IMG/VR virus record: IMGVR_UViG_3300024239_000017
Length of the DNA: 64,000 nt
Strand: one strand, 5' to 3'
DNA from: a virus
Position 1 is the stretch's first letter. Each line of letters opens with the position of its first letter. A model generated the notes under the pieces. It had not been told where the DNA came from. It saw only the letters and a list, made by a program, of their open reading frames with translations, and did no database searches. Made by a program: the position numbers and the translations under genes. This document shows positions 18,486 to 30,200 of this stretch, one piece after another.

Positions 18486-21400
18486 TTATGTAGTTGAAAG
18501 TTCTCCTAATAAATTAAAATTGTTTATATCATTACTATACAATACCGCCATTTTATCTGCTTTTAGATATAAACCATTGGGTGCATTAAGTATTACACCA
18601 CCACTTACAAATGTTGCCATAAAAGCTCCTTTTACATAACAATTACATGAAAAATTAGTAGATATACCTGTTGGTACTGTTATTGTACATGTATTAACTA
18701 TGTGTAATATAGCATTATTATGTATATCAGATAATGTGATATTTCCTGTTATAGTTATAACTTTTAATGGTTTTTCAAAAGAGCTATATTTTGCTGTTAC
18801 TGCTTCACCAGTAATACTATCTAACATTACAATTTCGTCATTATTACTTGGAGTCATTTTAATAGATAATTGCGTATCTATAATTTCTCCTAAATTGGTC
18901 TCATTTAAAACATCTTGCTTTGTTTCCGCTACGTTGTCTACATATTGTCTTTGTGCATATATAAATTTATTTTCTGGTTGTACGGATGAGAAATCATAAC
19001 TACCAATACCCATACCATCTGAATTAATAGAAAAACTTTTAATTTCTCCTGATACTACATCGGTGTGTACTAAAGAAATACCTCCTTCTGTAAAACTTAA
19101 TGAAAAATAATTATCAGGATAATTTGCACCTTTAATCCAAAAATTATTATTTAATTCCATCAGTTCAATACCCCCAATAATGGGTTTTCCCTCTTCTGTT
19201 CCTGTAAGTGGTATGTAAGTATCATCTAATTTTGATAATGTTAATAATTTACCATCAATATATGTTTTTGTAAAACCATCTGTTTGATAACCGCTACCAT
19301 CTATTAATTTAGAATAATCAGAAGTTTCATTAAAAATAGTATTTATAAAATCTACATTTCTAATTGAGTCATTTATTGTAATATTTTTAAATTCTGAAAA
19401 CCCATTCATTTTAACAAATTGAATATACTTATTACCAATGTCATGGAATGTTAAATCTTTAATTATCGAATTATTTTCAATAATACATCCTGATAAAGCA
19501 TTTCCACCAAAATTATGGTCATTAGGATTTGTTCCTTCTGGGTTTACAATATTTCCAAAATCAATGTTTTGTATTTTTCCTGTAAATAATTTATTTGTAT
19601 GAATTCCAGATGAGTAAGAAGTTGCTGGAGAAATTCTTAATTTACAATTTGTTATTTCAGATTGTCTATCTAATTGATTTCCATAAATTCTACCATGACC
19701 TGTTAAAATATTATTATCAATTTTTCCATTTTGAACAAGTTGATTATTATAAATATTAGCTTCCGTATCTAAAGTGTTTCCGTTTATTGTTGAATAATAT
19801 TCTAACGTATGTCCAAATATTCTTGAACCATTCTTAATAGTATTATTATTGATTGAACAATTATTAATTAATTTATTTCCATAAATAGATTTTATAGTAC
19901 CATCTACTGTTTTACCTTCTTCTACAAAAGTATTATACTCAATTTTAGAGAAATTTTTTAATGTATTTTCTCTTATATATCCTGTTAAACTATTGACAGA
20001 TATATTACCATCATCATTATTATTTATACTAGAAGAATTTTCTAATATGTTACTTTTTATAGATAAATAATATTTATTGTCACTAATACTAGAACTAGTA
20101 ATAACAGTATTATATGACATTTCATCAAATTTTATTACATTATCTCTAATACCTGAATGTCTTTCAATAGTATTACTTATTATTCCTTTATAAGGATAAA
20201 ATATATTATTTCTAAAATAACTGTCTTTATTTATAACATTATTACTAAAAGTATTGAAATATTTAAAAACATTATTATTTACATAACTATTATTTAATAT
20301 AGTATTATTTTTTATATGAGAAAAGTTGATAGTATTATAACTAAAAGCAGAACTGTTTTCTATTCTATTCTCATAAAATGATATGCTGAAAAATTGATTT
20401 TGTATAAAAGACGAATTATTTAAAATAATATTATCTCTGAAAACTCCTACAAGATTACAGTTTTCTACAATTGAATCTAACATTAAATTGTTTTTACAAC
20501 CATTTTCAATATATTCTATTCCCCATTGAAAACTTTTTATAATATTAGCAAATGATATTAGTTCTTCTGATGTAGAAAATTGAAAATTATACTGTAAACT
20601 ATTATAAATATTATAGTTACTAATTTTTAATATATTACCAAATTTATTTTCTCTGTAAATAATTGTATCATTAATATAATCATACTCTATATTACATCTT
20701 TCAATAATATAATCAATATCATTTACTGGCACTAGTTCCCAATCCTCTGGATTCAAGTAATTATGAAGATCAAAAACATACTCTGTTTCCTCGTCTTGAT
20801 TATACCATAAATATTTATTATTACCTAAATCTCCAGAAATATTTCTCCATACTAATCCACCCCATATAACTTTGTCACCTATATTATAAATTGGTTCTAA
20901 TGGTTGACCACCATCTGGCTGTGACTCAGGTATCAAATTACCATCTTTATCTATACCATTTTCTAAGAATTTTCCTTTCCAGATACCTTGAAATACATCT
21001 GTCATATTATATTTTGGTACGTAAAATTCACCATATCCTTTTGTAGAAAGTTGATTATTAGATATTGCGGTTAAATAAACAGTGTCTGTTGGCTCATAAT
21101 ATTCATACCAACTTTCTATTTCAGTTATTTTATAAACGCTGTTTACTTTTAGTTGACTATTCTCTATTAAAATATCTAACTCACTTTTTGTAACTTCTAT
21201 AACATTTAATAAAGCATCTATTTCTTCCTTAGAATAAGTTTCTGTCTTATCATAATAGTTCAATATTATTTTCCATTCTTCTAAATTCTCTATATTAGAT
21301 CCGTCTACATTTAATTTACTATTTAAATAATTATTCAAATCCTCCTGTAATACATAATTTCCTACCAATTGATAGTTATTCTTGGTGAAATCCAGTAATT

Positions 21401-21497
21401 CATCTAATACTTTAGAAACCCTTTCTTTAGTGTTAGCATGTTTCTTGGTTTCTTTTCTGATTACGTCTATTAACTTTTTTATATCTATATATTCCAT
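18486..21497 (-). CDS. tail fibre/spike-like protein with Asn-rich beta-helix-like repeats
   Basis: ET..ANT.ERV N-terminus, I..N.I.N.S repeats, C-terminal module shared with 55942..57297. Confidence 0.65.
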   Translation of the reverse strand: MEYIDIKKLIDVIRKETKKHANTKERVSKVLDELLDFTKNNYQLVGNYVLQEDLNNYLNSKLNVDGSNIENLEEWKIILNYYDKTETYSKEEIDALLNVIEVTKSELDILIENSQLKVNSVYKITEIESWYEYYEPTDTVYLTAISNNQLSTKGYGEFYVPKYNMTDVFQGIWKGKFLENGIDKDGNLIPESQPDGGQPLEPIYNIGDKVIWGGLVWRNISGDLGNNKYLWYNQDEETEYVFDLHNYLNPEDWELVPVNDIDYIIERCNIEYDYINDTIIYRENKFGNILKISNYNIYNSLQYNFQFSTSEELISFANIIKSFQWGIEYIENGCKNNLMLDSIVENCNLVGVFRDNIILNNSSFIQNQFFSISFYENRIENSSAFSYNTINFSHIKNNTILNNSYVNNNVFKYFNTFSNNVINKDSYFRNNIFYPYKGIISNTIERHSGIRDNVIKFDEMSYNTVITSSSISDNKYYLSIKSNILENSSSINNNDDGNISVNSLTGYIRENTLKNFSKIEYNTFVEEGKTVDGTIKSIYGNKLINNCSINNNTIKNGSRIFGHTLEYYSTINGNTLDTEANIYNNQLVQNGKIDNNILTGHGRIYGNQLDRQSEITNCKLRISPATSYSSGIHTNKLFTGKIQNIDFGNIVNPEGTNPNDHNFGGNALSGCIIENNSIIKDLTFHDIGNKYIQFVKMNGFSEFKNITINDSIRNVDFINTIFNETSDYSKLIDGSGYQTDGFTKTYIDGKLLTLSKLDDTYIPLTGTEEGKPIIGGIELMELNNNFWIKGANYPDNYFSLSFTEGGISLVHTDVVSGEIKSFSINSDGMGIGSYDFSSVQPENKFIYAQRQYVDNVAETKQDVLNETNLGEIIDTQLSIKMTPSNNDEIVMLDSITGEAVTAKYSSFEKPLKVITITGNITLSDIHNNAILHIVNTCTITVPTGISTNFSCNCYVKGAFMATFVSGGVILNAPNGLYLKADKMAVLYSNDINNFNLLGELSTT
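18846..18970. repeat. dispersed direct repeat, copy 1 (pairs with 56086-56210)
   Basis: near-identical DNA encoding IYAQRQYVDNVA.TKQDVLNE.NLGEIIDTQLSIKMTPS. Confidence 0.85.
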
Positions 21498-21733
21498 TAT
21501 TCAAAACTTATATCAAAACTTAAATCAAATATTTTATTATGGAAATGTGTATATTCTGATAAATACTGCATAAAATATATTTTATTATAATCAAAAAAAC
21601 ACGGATCTACATTAAAATTATTTTCTTCTTCTTTACAATTTTCTATACGGAGATAGTTATTATAATCTTCTTTTTGTTTTTTAGCACAATCACTATCTCC
21701 GCTGGTATTAAAATTTAATTTATTATTTTCCAT
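21497..21733 (-). CDS. small virion-associated protein (likely start MENNK)
   Basis: C-terminal IFDLSFDISFE; coupled to fibre gene. Confidence 0.55.
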   Translation of the reverse strand: MENNKLNFNTSGDSDCAKKQKEDYNNYLRIENCKEEENNFNVDPCFFDYNKIYFMQYLSEYTHFHNKIFDLSFDISFE

Positions 21734-24700
21734 TATTATCCTCATTAGGTATTAAATCAAATATATGATAAAAACTATTCTGTTGATTAAAAAATTCATA
21801 TGATTTTCTAGTCTCACCTAACGTATTGGCTGAACTCACTGTATAAGGATTTCTAAGTGAAGTAGCTTTTATTATACCGCTTACATATTTATTCATATCC
21901 TTATATTTACCACTTTGAACAGTTTCATCAATATCCCCAAATTTAACTATATTAGTCATATTTTTAAGGGTTGTTCCTAACATTATAGGATTTTGAACCG
22001 CTTCATAATAAGCCTGCCCTATACCGACATTACCTGAAAAAGTTTCATTAAGATTTCTCATAGACATATATGCCAATAATTGTAACATATAATTATCCTC
22101 TTCGTCATCGTCATCAGCTGCTTTTTTAAGTAAAATTGTTAATGCCAACATTGCAAATAATGTTGCGCTAATTGTCATAGACATTTTAACATTCTTTCTA
22201 GCAACCTCATCTAATTCATCATAAGAATCTTTAAGTTTCTTTTTATCTTTTATAAAATCTTTAAGTATTTTATACACATATTTATATGAGAATACCAATC
22301 CTTCTTCTTCACCGTCTATATCATATCTTCTTCTAGAAAACATGTTGCTGGTTGCCAATACTAACCATTTTTTAAGAGATAGTACAAATCCCCAAGAAGG
22401 GTCTCTACCTGCCGATCCTTCGTTATATTTGGCAATTTCCATTGTTGTAAGCTCTACAACATTTCTTATTGCTCCCATAACAAATACTTTATCTCTTTCA
22501 ATATCTCCTTCGTATCCTTTACTGTTTAAGAGACCCATGTTAAAACTACCATCGTCATTTATAAAATCATACATACTGTCCGATTCATATAAATCAAATT
22601 TAGCTTTAATATCTCCATCAGACATTGAAGGATTTTTTGTTTTTTCAGATATTGAAAACTCTCTCCAAGATTGAAATTTACCGTCTATAAGTCTATATTC
22701 CATTAGTTTACTTAAAGTAGACTGTGCTTGTAAAGGAAAGTTTGTTATAGACATCGCCGCAAATCCTGCTTGTGGTAACAATCTTAATACAGTATTATAT
22801 TGTGAGTTTGCATATCTATCTTCTATATTATATACCCCAAATGAGTACATTATTCTATTTATCTTTGCTTCTGGATTAAATTTACCTACGTCTTTTAGAG
22901 AGTCTGGAAACATTTTTGCAAGTGTTTTAGCAGCTCTTTTATTGGAGGTAGAATATATAGTTCTACCTGTCATTGACATTAATAAATTTTGAGTAAGACC
23001 ACTGGTAAAGTTTGTTATACCTACAATCGGTGAAAAAGCTAAAGACGTTTTAACACCTAGGTGTTTTAAACCTATTAAGAATTTAGATAAATCTATTACT
23101 CTATCTGAGCCTGGTAGTTTAAATTGAACTTTTGCTGGAGTTGTTTTACCATAAAAGTTAAAATCAAACATTTCGTCAATCATTTTGCCATAATTAGTAT
23201 CAGTAGGTTTTTTACCATTTTCAAATTCTAATGCCTCAAAACCCTGTTTCATAGCTACAGCATCTTGCCAATGTTTCTTTCTCTGATCTCTTAAATTTGC
23301 ATTATTTAATCTCCATACTAAACTATGAAATACATCGTTTGTTAATTCAGATTTGCCTAACTTGTAATACCCATATTTAGGAATTGTTTTTGATTTATAA
23401 TCAAACTCGTTATCATCTGGTCTGAAAGATAACTGTTCTGCAAAGTAATCCTTTACTTGATCCCATTTATTACCTTTGTTTACAAACGCAGAAGTTCTCT
23501 CATAATCTGTTATTCTCTGTTGAGGTCTAAGAAATATATATCTTTTATTTAATGCATCCTCTTTTTTAAGACCAAGTAGGTGAGCATCCATCATTAATAT
23601 ATATATATTTAAATCTTCTTTATTATTTAAAATATCAAAGCCTGTTTTATATTTTTCATCTACATTTGTAAATCCTGCCATTCTATGTAGAATATTATAC
23701 TTCTCTTCATCAGAAGTAGAATTAAAATACTCATCATATAAATCTTCTATTTTTTCTTCGAAAGGTACTGAAAATTTAAAAGACGGAGTTATTCTCATTA
23801 ATTTTAAAGGTTTACCGTTATATAATACTTCATCAGTATTAGAGTTAAGGTAATTTTCAATTAAAGCTTCTACATCTATCTTTCCACTTTTATAACTTCT
23901 TATAAAATCATCGTATTCGTTATTTGCGTCATATCTTTTATACCAAGAGGGTGAGTTCGTAATATAAAATGCCTTTAATATACCTTCTGATGTTTCTGGT
24001 AATCCTAAATTTCTAGCATTCTGTTTATAAGTCTGTATAAAAGATGTATTTTTATTATGTTTAATATCTCTTTTTAAGTTCGCCAAAGAACCTCCATATC
24101 TAGATACATTGAAGTTATTTCTATCTGAGAAAAATCTCTCTATTTCCTTAATTGAAGCCATTTCAAATGGTTTACCTATGATATTTTCAAAATACTCATT
24201 AAAAGCTTGATTAAATCTCAGTGAAGTTTCTCCGTTACCTCTTAAATATAATTCAGTAATATCATTTTTTTCAAATAATTTAGATATGTTATCCATCTGA
24301 TTACCATTATCATCAACGACATTTCCTCTAACTATGTTAGACATTTTATCCTCCAACTCTGTCATTATTTCTTTATCATGCAATGATATGCTTGCAATGT
24401 CTACTTCTTTATAATCATTTTTAAGTTTATACTTTCTAAGAATAAGCCTTTTTTGCATTGCTAATTCTTTATATCTTTTTTCTAGTATATTCATATGGAA
24501 CATGTCCATCATAGACGCCCCACTATTATAAAACCCTTTAAAATTTATTCCAGAAGTTCCGTCATTGCTTTCCCAATATTCATCTGTTGGTTCAAACATT
24601 AAAGAATTATCTAACCATTTTATTATTTCTTTTGTTTTTTCTGCTTTAGGTAAGCCTTTCTTATTAAGAGATTTTATAAAACTTCTATATTCGTTAGAGA

Positions 24701-27176
24701 AGTTATCTTTTATAGTATCTCTGCTTACAGATCCATTATTATTTAAATCAAGTATAGATATACTATTCCACTTCATATAATTAAAAGCCAATTCAGCTTC
24801 TTTTGAAGTATTTGAGCTATCATATAGAAATACTAATTCTTTATCGTCTGGTTCATTTTCCCCATAAAATAAAGTATGTCTAGGATTTATAGATACTACG
24901 TTACTCTTATCTATATTTTCCAAATTTTTAATATCTTTATAAAAATATACTTTGAAACCAGTTTTAAGTTCTCCTATTTGATTATATGGGTTAGAATCTT
25001 CTCTTCTTTGTTCCAACATTATAGTATCATCTGATCTTCTTCTTGACATATTTTTTTGAGCCCTGTAAAAATCAGAATTCCATATATCTCCTTTTATGTT
25101 TAAACTATCTAGTTTATTATTAAAGTTTATTAATCTGTCTTTTACTTTTTGATCTAACCATTTTTCATTTACTACTTTTTTATCATATAAATATAAATAT
25201 TTGTAATAATTTTCGTCCTTATCGCTAAGTTCTTTTATACCAAACTGTTGATACATATCAACATATTCTTCAAAACTCATTGATCCATATATGTCAGGAT
25301 ATACTTCTTTAAGTATTTCTAACTCAAAAGATCTAATATCATTTTCGATTTTTTCAGAGTCAATATCTGATTTAAAATAACTTCCTGATATAAAATTCTT
25401 TAATTTATTTATATGAGGAATTAACGGTAACATTTTCTCCTGCATGTCTTGCATAAACTTATGCACATATGTATTATTCAAACTAGCTATTATTACAGCG
25501 AGCTGTCTAACAAATAGATTCGATGCTTTAAAAGTATGTCCAAATAATCTTATAAATCCAGAAGTATCTGTTTGTAATCTTTTTATACCATACTCGGCAT
25601 TATTTACCATTTTTTTTATTTCTTCTTCGGATTTATTAGGTTCATATTTAGCTATCATTCTTTCTAATACAACTTCTTTATTATGTACTTGTTGTATATT
25701 ACTAAAGTTACCTTTTAATAATGTCAATTCTCTTAAAGCCTTTTCTCCCTTCTGAGTAATGTACTCTTTAAACCTACTTAATTCTTCTTTATTTTGTGGA
25801 GAAAACTGTGGGTTATTAATATCTAAATTATTAAAGAATGCCCATGCTCTACTAGCTATTTCCTCGGTACCTAAAAGTTGCTCTATAGTATACGCTAATT
25901 CTTGAGGTGTAATTTCCTCATCTGCTAACATACTAAGCTCTTTATTTGAGCTTATGGCTACAGAAATTATAGTATTGAATAATTGATCTACTTCTTTTTT
26001 TAATTCATCATCTAATATTACGTTATTAGGTGTTTTAACCAACTGCTCTATTCTTTTTAAAGTTGTATCATCTACAGAATACATTACAGATAACGTAGGG
26101 GACATATTTGGATTTAACTTACTTGAAAGTGTTTCATTATATAATCTATTATTTATATCTCTCGCCATCTCATTAATACTGTTATTTAAATCGGTATTAA
26201 ATTTAGATTTAACAAAGTTTATAAATCCTTTTAATATTTCTATAAGTTTATTATAGAAATTCATTTCTGTTTCAGTCTTACCTTCTGTTGTAAAATCACT
26301 TTTTATAGCATTAGATAACATTTTACCCAGTACTTCTTTTCTAACTGCCGTCTCTAATAAAGCAGGGTCTGTTATTTGTTTCGAATATATTTTTCTGTAC
26401 GAATCTGCAAACTCTATATATTCTTTTGTATTGTTTACTGTTTTTAGCATTCTAGATATTTCGTCTTGATTCCAAGATTCTATTACAAAATGCGAAAACT
26501 CTTCTGTCAAAGTATCTAATTCTATCTCACCTTTTGATAAAGCTACTATCTTTTGGTTTAAATCTATTAATGCTTTTGCGTTTGGTTCTACACCGAATTT
26601 TAATTTATAATTATTTTTATAAGACTCTATACTCGTAAAAGAAAATCCTAATTTTTTCATAAATGAAACAATCATATTAGATAACTGTTTCTCATCGTAT
26701 TTTACAGGTTTTTCCTTTACTGTTTTACTAAGTTCATTATATATTTCTACTGCCTCAATAACTACATTAGAAAGTTCAGGTAAATCTCTTGATGTACCCA
26801 TTTTAAAATCACCAAATGAAAATTCTAATCCATTTCTTTTAAATGAATTATATTCTGAAGTACTTAATAACTCTCTTTCTAAAATATCCGCTGCCATTTC
26901 GTCAACAGCCTTAAATGTATTATCAGATATTTGTTTTTCATCTAAATAACCATTTTTTATATATTTTTGAATCTTTCCATTTTGAGTACTTTCGTCAAAA
27001 ATAGGTACTTCTATTTTACTGTCAAACTCCTCTCTTTCATTTAAAAATCCTATATAATATGAGTTGGTAGTATTGTTTAATACCTCGTATAAAGAAGTGA
27101 ATATTTCTCCTTTATCTGAGGTATAAAATAATTTAGGTTCTCCAGTATTTTTATTTCTTATTGAACATTGTGACAT
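21723..27176 (-). CDS. giant internal virion (ejected cargo) protein, 1817 aa
   Basis: size and position in crAss-like cargo block; degenerate zincin EEFSH; C-terminal hydrophobic helix; single Cys at residue 4. Confidence 0.7.
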   Translation of the reverse strand: MSQCSIRNKNTGEPKLFYTSDKGEIFTSLYEVLNNTTNSYYIGFLNEREEFDSKIEVPIFDESTQNGKIQKYIKNGYLDEKQISDNTFKAVDEMAADILERELLSTSEYNSFKRNGLEFSFGDFKMGTSRDLPELSNVVIEAVEIYNELSKTVKEKPVKYDEKQLSNMIVSFMKKLGFSFTSIESYKNNYKLKFGVEPNAKALIDLNQKIVALSKGEIELDTLTEEFSHFVIESWNQDEISRMLKTVNNTKEYIEFADSYRKIYSKQITDPALLETAVRKEVLGKMLSNAIKSDFTTEGKTETEMNFYNKLIEILKGFINFVKSKFNTDLNNSINEMARDINNRLYNETLSSKLNPNMSPTLSVMYSVDDTTLKRIEQLVKTPNNVILDDELKKEVDQLFNTIISVAISSNKELSMLADEEITPQELAYTIEQLLGTEEIASRAWAFFNNLDINNPQFSPQNKEELSRFKEYITQKGEKALRELTLLKGNFSNIQQVHNKEVVLERMIAKYEPNKSEEEIKKMVNNAEYGIKRLQTDTSGFIRLFGHTFKASNLFVRQLAVIIASLNNTYVHKFMQDMQEKMLPLIPHINKLKNFISGSYFKSDIDSEKIENDIRSFELEILKEVYPDIYGSMSFEEYVDMYQQFGIKELSDKDENYYKYLYLYDKKVVNEKWLDQKVKDRLINFNNKLDSLNIKGDIWNSDFYRAQKNMSRRRSDDTIMLEQRREDSNPYNQIGELKTGFKVYFYKDIKNLENIDKSNVVSINPRHTLFYGENEPDDKELVFLYDSSNTSKEAELAFNYMKWNSISILDLNNNGSVSRDTIKDNFSNEYRSFIKSLNKKGLPKAEKTKEIIKWLDNSLMFEPTDEYWESNDGTSGINFKGFYNSGASMMDMFHMNILEKRYKELAMQKRLILRKYKLKNDYKEVDIASISLHDKEIMTELEDKMSNIVRGNVVDDNGNQMDNISKLFEKNDITELYLRGNGETSLRFNQAFNEYFENIIGKPFEMASIKEIERFFSDRNNFNVSRYGGSLANLKRDIKHNKNTSFIQTYKQNARNLGLPETSEGILKAFYITNSPSWYKRYDANNEYDDFIRSYKSGKIDVEALIENYLNSNTDEVLYNGKPLKLMRITPSFKFSVPFEEKIEDLYDEYFNSTSDEEKYNILHRMAGFTNVDEKYKTGFDILNNKEDLNIYILMMDAHLLGLKKEDALNKRYIFLRPQQRITDYERTSAFVNKGNKWDQVKDYFAEQLSFRPDDNEFDYKSKTIPKYGYYKLGKSELTNDVFHSLVWRLNNANLRDQRKKHWQDAVAMKQGFEALEFENGKKPTDTNYGKMIDEMFDFNFYGKTTPAKVQFKLPGSDRVIDLSKFLIGLKHLGVKTSLAFSPIVGITNFTSGLTQNLLMSMTGRTIYSTSNKRAAKTLAKMFPDSLKDVGKFNPEAKINRIMYSFGVYNIEDRYANSQYNTVLRLLPQAGFAAMSITNFPLQAQSTLSKLMEYRLIDGKFQSWREFSISEKTKNPSMSDGDIKAKFDLYESDSMYDFINDDGSFNMGLLNSKGYEGDIERDKVFVMGAIRNVVELTTMEIAKYNEGSAGRDPSWGFVLSLKKWLVLATSNMFSRRRYDIDGEEEGLVFSYKYVYKILKDFIKDKKKLKDSYDELDEVARKNVKMSMTISATLFAMLALTILLKKAADDDDEEDNYMLQLLAYMSMRNLNETFSGNVGIGQAYYEAVQNPIMLGTTLKNMTNIVKFGDIDETVQSGKYKDMNKYVSGIIKATSLRNPYTVSSANTLGETRKSYEFFNQQNSFYHIFDLIPNEDNNGK

Positions 27177-27196
27177 ATTTTCTTTTCTATTTATTG

Positions 27197-27204
27197 CAAA
27201 TATA
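27197..27204 (-). promoter_or_regulatory. -7 box TATATTTG (no clear -33 box)
   Basis: in AT-rich gap before the 1817-aa gene. Confidence 0.5.
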
Positions 27205-27244
27205 TAAATAATATTTGAAATATTAAAATATATTAATTATTAAA

Positions 27245-30200
27245 TTAACATTTGACATCACTATCTTTCCAATAGTCCAAACCTTCTGTATATATGGATT
27301 TATAAACTCCTAATGATTGCTCTTTTGTTATAAAAGGTACTGACGAAATATCTTTAAATAATTCAGACTCTATATAATCATTTTCTACTACATTTATATT
27401 TTCAATATTTTCTAAACTATATCTAATATCATTAGTATTTGCAGAATATGTTCCTATATTTTCTGTTGCTGATTTTATTTGGTTGGGAGAGAAAACTGCA
27501 TAAGTATTGTCTCCTGTATCTTCTATTAATTTAATTCCATCCTTATTATTATTTATTAAGGATTGAGTCATGTCCCATTCACCTCCATCAAATAATTGCC
27601 ACAACTCACTGTTTTTATCAATTCCAAACTCATATAAGAAACTTCCTTTTTCATCTTTAACTTTATAGTCTATATCTTCAGTAATTTTACTCCAATCTTC
27701 TAATTTTTTTATATTTAAAAATACTTCTTTTATATTTTTCTTTCCACCAAAGTTTTCAATCCTTACATTTGCAGCATTTTCTGCATAATATTTATTTTCA
27801 GAAAAAAAATGTAATTTACTGTCTACATTATATGTAACTACACCTCCACGAATCCCTTGTTTATTAGTGAATTCTGTAAATTCATTATTAGTTCCATGAT
27901 AAACAACCAAAGGCTCACCGTTTTTATCTACAACTTTAGAAGCGTTTTTCGCATCGTTTTCCCAATCACCAAACCAATCTTTAAACCGTTTTGTTCTTAC
28001 GTCTAGCCATTGTGCTTCGTTTAGATTAGTAGCTTTTCCATTTGGTGCTTTCATAAAAGTACCATTCGCTTGTGCTTCTGCTTTTATAGCTTCCCTCTCT
28101 GATTGTATTTCTGCTAATACTTCTGGTTTTATATTACCGCTATAATCCAAATCATTATTATCAATTAAACTGAACATTGTATTTCTATCTCTATCTCCTA
28201 TAACTTTTTTAAAGGATTTAGATCTATTGTACACTTCCCTAAAGTCTTCATCTTCTAGATTATTCTTACCTCTATATTCTGATAATAATCTTGTCCCAGC
28301 AAATGTGCCACCATCTAAATGAATAGGTTTTCCATTTTTAATTCCCCAATTGGCTTTTCTAGAAAAATCACCAAATAACACCTCTCTATTAAGAATATAA
28401 AACATTCCGTATTTGTATAAGGTATCTATTAATTTTTGTGATTGACTATCAAAATCAATTTGAGAAAATTTTGAAAAATCTGCAAACATTTTTTCTGCCC
28501 TTTCTGTTCCTATTTGTTCTCCCTCTACATCATATGTTGGTACTAAATCCCTTGCCTTTATAGGAGGTACTTTTTCTATTATAACATAATTTAGACCTCT
28601 TTCGTATATATCAGGTAATAATTCTTCTTCTACTAAGTCATAGCTTCCCTCATAGATATTTTGCATTAGCCCTCTAGCTGTTTTTGCTATTTTTATTACC
28701 TTTGTATCGTCTAGCTCATAAACAATTCTATCAGAACCTGCGCTTATTCTTTTTAATTTGGGAATATCAAATCTTTCTCTAGCTGTAAGGTCTGTGTCGT
28801 AATCAAAACCTATTCTTCTTCCTACTCTTAGTAATGAGTCTAATTTTTCCTCATTGAACATTTCAGCATTCACAGCATATGCAAATTCTTTAACAGTCAT
28901 GTTGGAAACATCTTCGGCAGTATAACCTGTTATACCTACCATATTTTTAAATGCGTTCCATATACTTTCCAACCATTTTGCAATATCTGATTTTTTTTCT
29001 CTATTGATAATTTCTACACCATTGTTAGCTATTAACTCAGCCATTACTTCTTCCCAATAAGCATCGCTGTTTTCTTTAAGATCAGGATATAATTTATTAA
29101 CTCTTTCAATATAATTCTTAACTTCTGATTTATTTTCTTTAAGTAATTTTATACCTGCTTCAAATAAATCTCTTCTGTTCTCTATTAACCATCCTATCAT
29201 TGGATGTGAAAATTCGTGTATAGTAGTATTTAATACGTCATTAGATTCCTTATTAATAAATATCTGTCGTGTATCTTTTCTATAAAATCCACCTACTACT
29301 GTAGCTAAACCATTGTCAATTAGTGATTTACTAAAACTTGTTACATTTTCTATAGTGACAGCACTATCGTCAAAAACTACATAATTAAATCCTCTTGCTG
29401 TATCAGAGGTAGCTCCACGAGAAATAGATTCTGCTGGATATTTTATACCGTCAATACCTGCTTCTAGTAAGAATAGAGAGGCTGCTTTATCAGAGCCTAA
29501 TTGTCTTGATAAGTTTTTATATAAAGCGGATCCTTCAATATTTTTAGTATTAATACCCTCAGATAACATCTTTATTATAACGTCATTTTTAGAAATTGCC
29601 AAATCATTTATTTTTTTAAATACTTCTTCTGATACTGTATTATCCCATTCTATAAATGTATATTGTTCTGGTGATTTACCTTTATGTACTGTTACGCTAT
29701 AAAGGTGGGGTTTAATAACTGATTTTCTTAAAGCTTTTATCTCTTCGGCTATTCCTTCTAAATTTTTAATAGTATTAAGCTTTTCTTCTTCTATTGCTTC
29801 ATATATTTTAAAAAATAAGTCTTCTGAGGGTTCCTGTGAATATAACTCTAACATTTTATTATGATGATCTAAATCGTTTATAGTTGTATATCCCTCTAAT
29901 AGCATTCTAGAATCTTCCAAGTATCCTTCTAAAGTATAATACTCAAGTATTTCATACATACGTTCCTTAACATAAGAAGGTGTTACTTTAACTATAGACT
30001 TCTTTATTGAACTTATTTTCATATCTATATGACGTAATACCTCTGCCCTACTTTCACTGCTATATATACCATATATTCCGTTTGAGTTAAGTTTTGTAAT
30101 TATCCTATTAGGTATATTTGGTTCCTTTTTTATAGTAGATAATTTATGAGCGTAATACTTTGCTATACGGTCTATTTCAGTAAAGTATAATCCCCATCCG

